Shown here: in pieces, positions 22,690 to 24,000 of the stretch
Numbering within the stretch: the stretch's first letter is position 1
Layout of the letters: each line of letters opens with the position of its first letter
Assembly (NCBI RefSeq): GCF_040683035.1
Contig: NZ_JBFBCF010000032.1
Location: 47,503-71,502, forward strand
Direction of reading: 5' to 3'
DNA: 24,000 nt
Origin: Streptosporangium sp. NPDC051022
GTDB lineage: Bacteria; Actinomycetota; Actinomycetes; Streptosporangiales; Streptosporangiaceae
Position numbers and translations under genes: made by a program
Notes under the pieces: generated by a model
What the model was told of the DNA's origin: nothing
Seen by the model: the letters and a program-made list of their open reading frames with translations, nothing else
The model's database searches: none

Positions 22690-23289
22690 ATGATTCTGGC
22701 GGTAATCATCGGTTGCGAGATCGGCTTCTGGGTCCTTCTCGGGCTGGGGCTCGCCTCTCGCTACCTGTGGGGCCTGCGGCGGCTCAGCACGGTCCTGCTG
22801 ATCTCGGTGCCACTGCTCGACCTGGTCCTGCTGGGCGCCGCGGTGATCGACATGCGGGGTGGCGCGGAGGGAAGCTGGCGCCACGGCCTGGCCGCGGCCT
22901 ATCTCGCCTACTCGATCGTCTTCGGCCACCGAACCCTCCGCTGGGCCGACCAGAAGTTCGCACACCGCTTCGCCGGAGGCCCGGAACCCTGGAGGCCCCC
23001 GGAGGGCGGCATGGCCAGGGCCCGCTACGAGTGGGCCATGTGGCTGCGGATCGTCCTGGCGTACGGCATCGCCTGCGCCCTGCTGTTCGGCCTGATCTGG
23101 ATGGTCGACGACCCAGCCCGGACGACCGCCCTGATCAGCTTCATGCGCGACCTTCTGCGAGTCCCGGTGATCGCCCTGCTCTGGCCACTGGGCTACACGC
23201 TGTTCCCGAAGAAGGCCGAGAAGGACCGGGGCGCGGAGGAGTCGCGGACGCCGGACGACGACAGGACGAAGACGCCGATCAGGAAGTGA
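22690..23289 (+). CDS. Integral membrane protein (about 4-5 TM) with a charged C-terminal tail
   Basis: ATG 22690 within track ORF 22468-23289. The hydrophobic segments are ILAVIIGCEIGFWVLLGLGLA, VLLISVPLLDLVLLGAAVI, LRIVLAYGIACALLFGLIWMV and VPVIALLWPLGYTLF. It is divergent from the kinase gene. Confidence 0.75.
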   Translation: MILAVIIGCEIGFWVLLGLGLASRYLWGLRRLSTVLLISVPLLDLVLLGAAVIDMRGGAEGSWRHGLAAAYLAYSIVFGHRTLRWADQKFAHRFAGGPEPWRPPEGGMARARYEWAMWLRIVLAYGIACALLFGLIWMVDDPARTTALISFMRDLLRVPVIALLWPLGYTLFPKKAEKDRGAEESRTPDDDRTKTPIRK

Positions 23290-23300
23290 CCGTCCCCATA

Positions 23301-23416
23301 AGGCGGACGGCGTCCGAAGGCGGATGACATCTGGGGGCGGACGGAACCCCGAGGGCGGACGGCACCTGGGAGGCGGCGGACGACACCCGGAAGGTCACCA
23401 GCGGAAGGTCACCAGC
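23301..23416 (+). repeat. Degenerate 18-nt-period repeats (GGCGGA[CT]G-n9, 5 units), followed by a 14-nt tandem duplication GGAAGGTCACCAGC that includes the nitroreductase stop codon
   Basis: The units are AGGCGGACGGCGTCCGA, AGGCGGATGACATCTGGG, GGCGGACGGAACCCCGAG, GGCGGACGGCACCTGGGA and GGCGGCGGACGACACCCG. The duplication is at 23389-23402 and 23403-23416, with the stop codon at 23409-23411. Confidence 0.7.
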
Positions 23417-24000
23417 GCTCCCAGTGCGTGACCTCCTCCATCGGCACCCTCCGCGCGGGCCGGAAATCCGTCCCGATCGTGTACGCGACGGGTACGAAGG
23501 CCACCTGCATGACCCGCTCGTACGGTATGCCGAGAACCTGAGCCCCCTCCCGCTCCAGCCGCAGCGGCCCCAGCCAGGCCGTACCCAGCGCACGGGCCCG
23601 CGCGGCCAGCATGAAGCTCCACACCGCCGGCATGATCGAGCCGAACGTGTTGGCCTGCTCCAGCACACTCGCGTTCTCGGTCCGCCCGGTGATGCACGGG
23701 ATGAGGAAGGCAGGCACCTCGTGAATGTGGTCGTAGAGGTGCCGTAACCCCTCCCAGACCCGCTCCATCGACCCGGGGAACGCGTACGCCCGCCGCGCGT
23801 CCTCCTCCGGTATCGGCGCCCCCGGAAGGTTCATCCCCGCCCGCCACACCGCCGCGAGCTTCTCCCGCTGCTCCTTCTCGGTCACGACGACGAAGTGCCA
23901 GCGCTGGCGATTGCGCCCGGTCGGCGCCTGTACGGCCAGGCTGAGGCACTCCTCGATGAGCTCGCGAGGAACCGGCCTGGTGAGATCGAGTCGCCTGCGG
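23409..24000 (-). CDS. Nitroreductase-family protein (5' end beyond the right edge)
   Basis: Track ORF 23409-23885, extended by my own translation to the edge: RRLDLTRPVPRELIEECLSLAVQAPTGRNRQRWHFVVVTEKEQ.. is the typical nitroreductase N-terminal motif. Confidence 0.85.
   Translation of the reverse strand, partial: RRRLDLTRPVPRELIEECLSLAVQAPTGRNRQRWHFVVVTEKEQREKLAAVWRAGMNLPGAPIPEEDARRAYAFPGSMERVWEGLRHLYDHIHEVPAFLIPCITGRTENASVLEQANTFGSIMPAVWSFMLAARARALGTAWLGPLRLEREGAQVLGIPYERVMQVAFVPVAYTIGTDFRPARRVPMEEVTHWERW

Overview
High-GC (about 70%) actinobacterial DNA, read by eye; every family name is pattern recognition from memory, with no searches run. The window is a mosaic. (1) 1-6844 looks like the right-hand part of an integrated pSAM2-type actinomycete integrative/conjugative element (AICE). 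It has a GntR (KorSA-like) gene, a Pra-like activator, a small ORF and the start of a membrane protein. Cargo genes follow: a translationally coupled HTH/DUF5919-like gene plus an inositol-monophosphatase-fold gene, and two immunity-like genes. It ends at a 56-nt 3' fragment of tRNA-Ser(GCU) (putative attR) and a strong terminator. (2) 6845 to about 10730 looks like an older, decayed island at the same tRNA. It holds a 5'-truncated tyrosine integrase, two tandem paralogous small secreted 2-Cys proteins, a secreted beta/gamma-crystallin-type protein, a gene-poor 650-bp stretch, a tRNA-Gly-like fragment and another orphan gene. (3) 10728-24000 is more ordinary: a divergent MarR pair, orphan small proteins, a VOC/glyoxalase, a DUF4190 membrane protein and a YjdF/DUF2992-like protein. 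It continues with an SDR+MarR+phytase-like cluster, a NarL-type two-component system whose kinase carries about 135 extra residues in the ATP lid, a membrane protein and a partial nitroreductase. Unexplained non-coding structure includes two 18-nt-period tandem repeat arrays abutting gene 3' ends, two homologous 60-70-nt segments with a doubled GTTGCA motif, G-rich compound repeats and a short AT-rich island. No rRNA, intact tRNA or CRISPR array was found. The best candidate for an undescribed system is the HTH/DUF5919-like + IMPase-fold cargo pair at 3060-4798. That is a hypothesis, not a demonstrated function.
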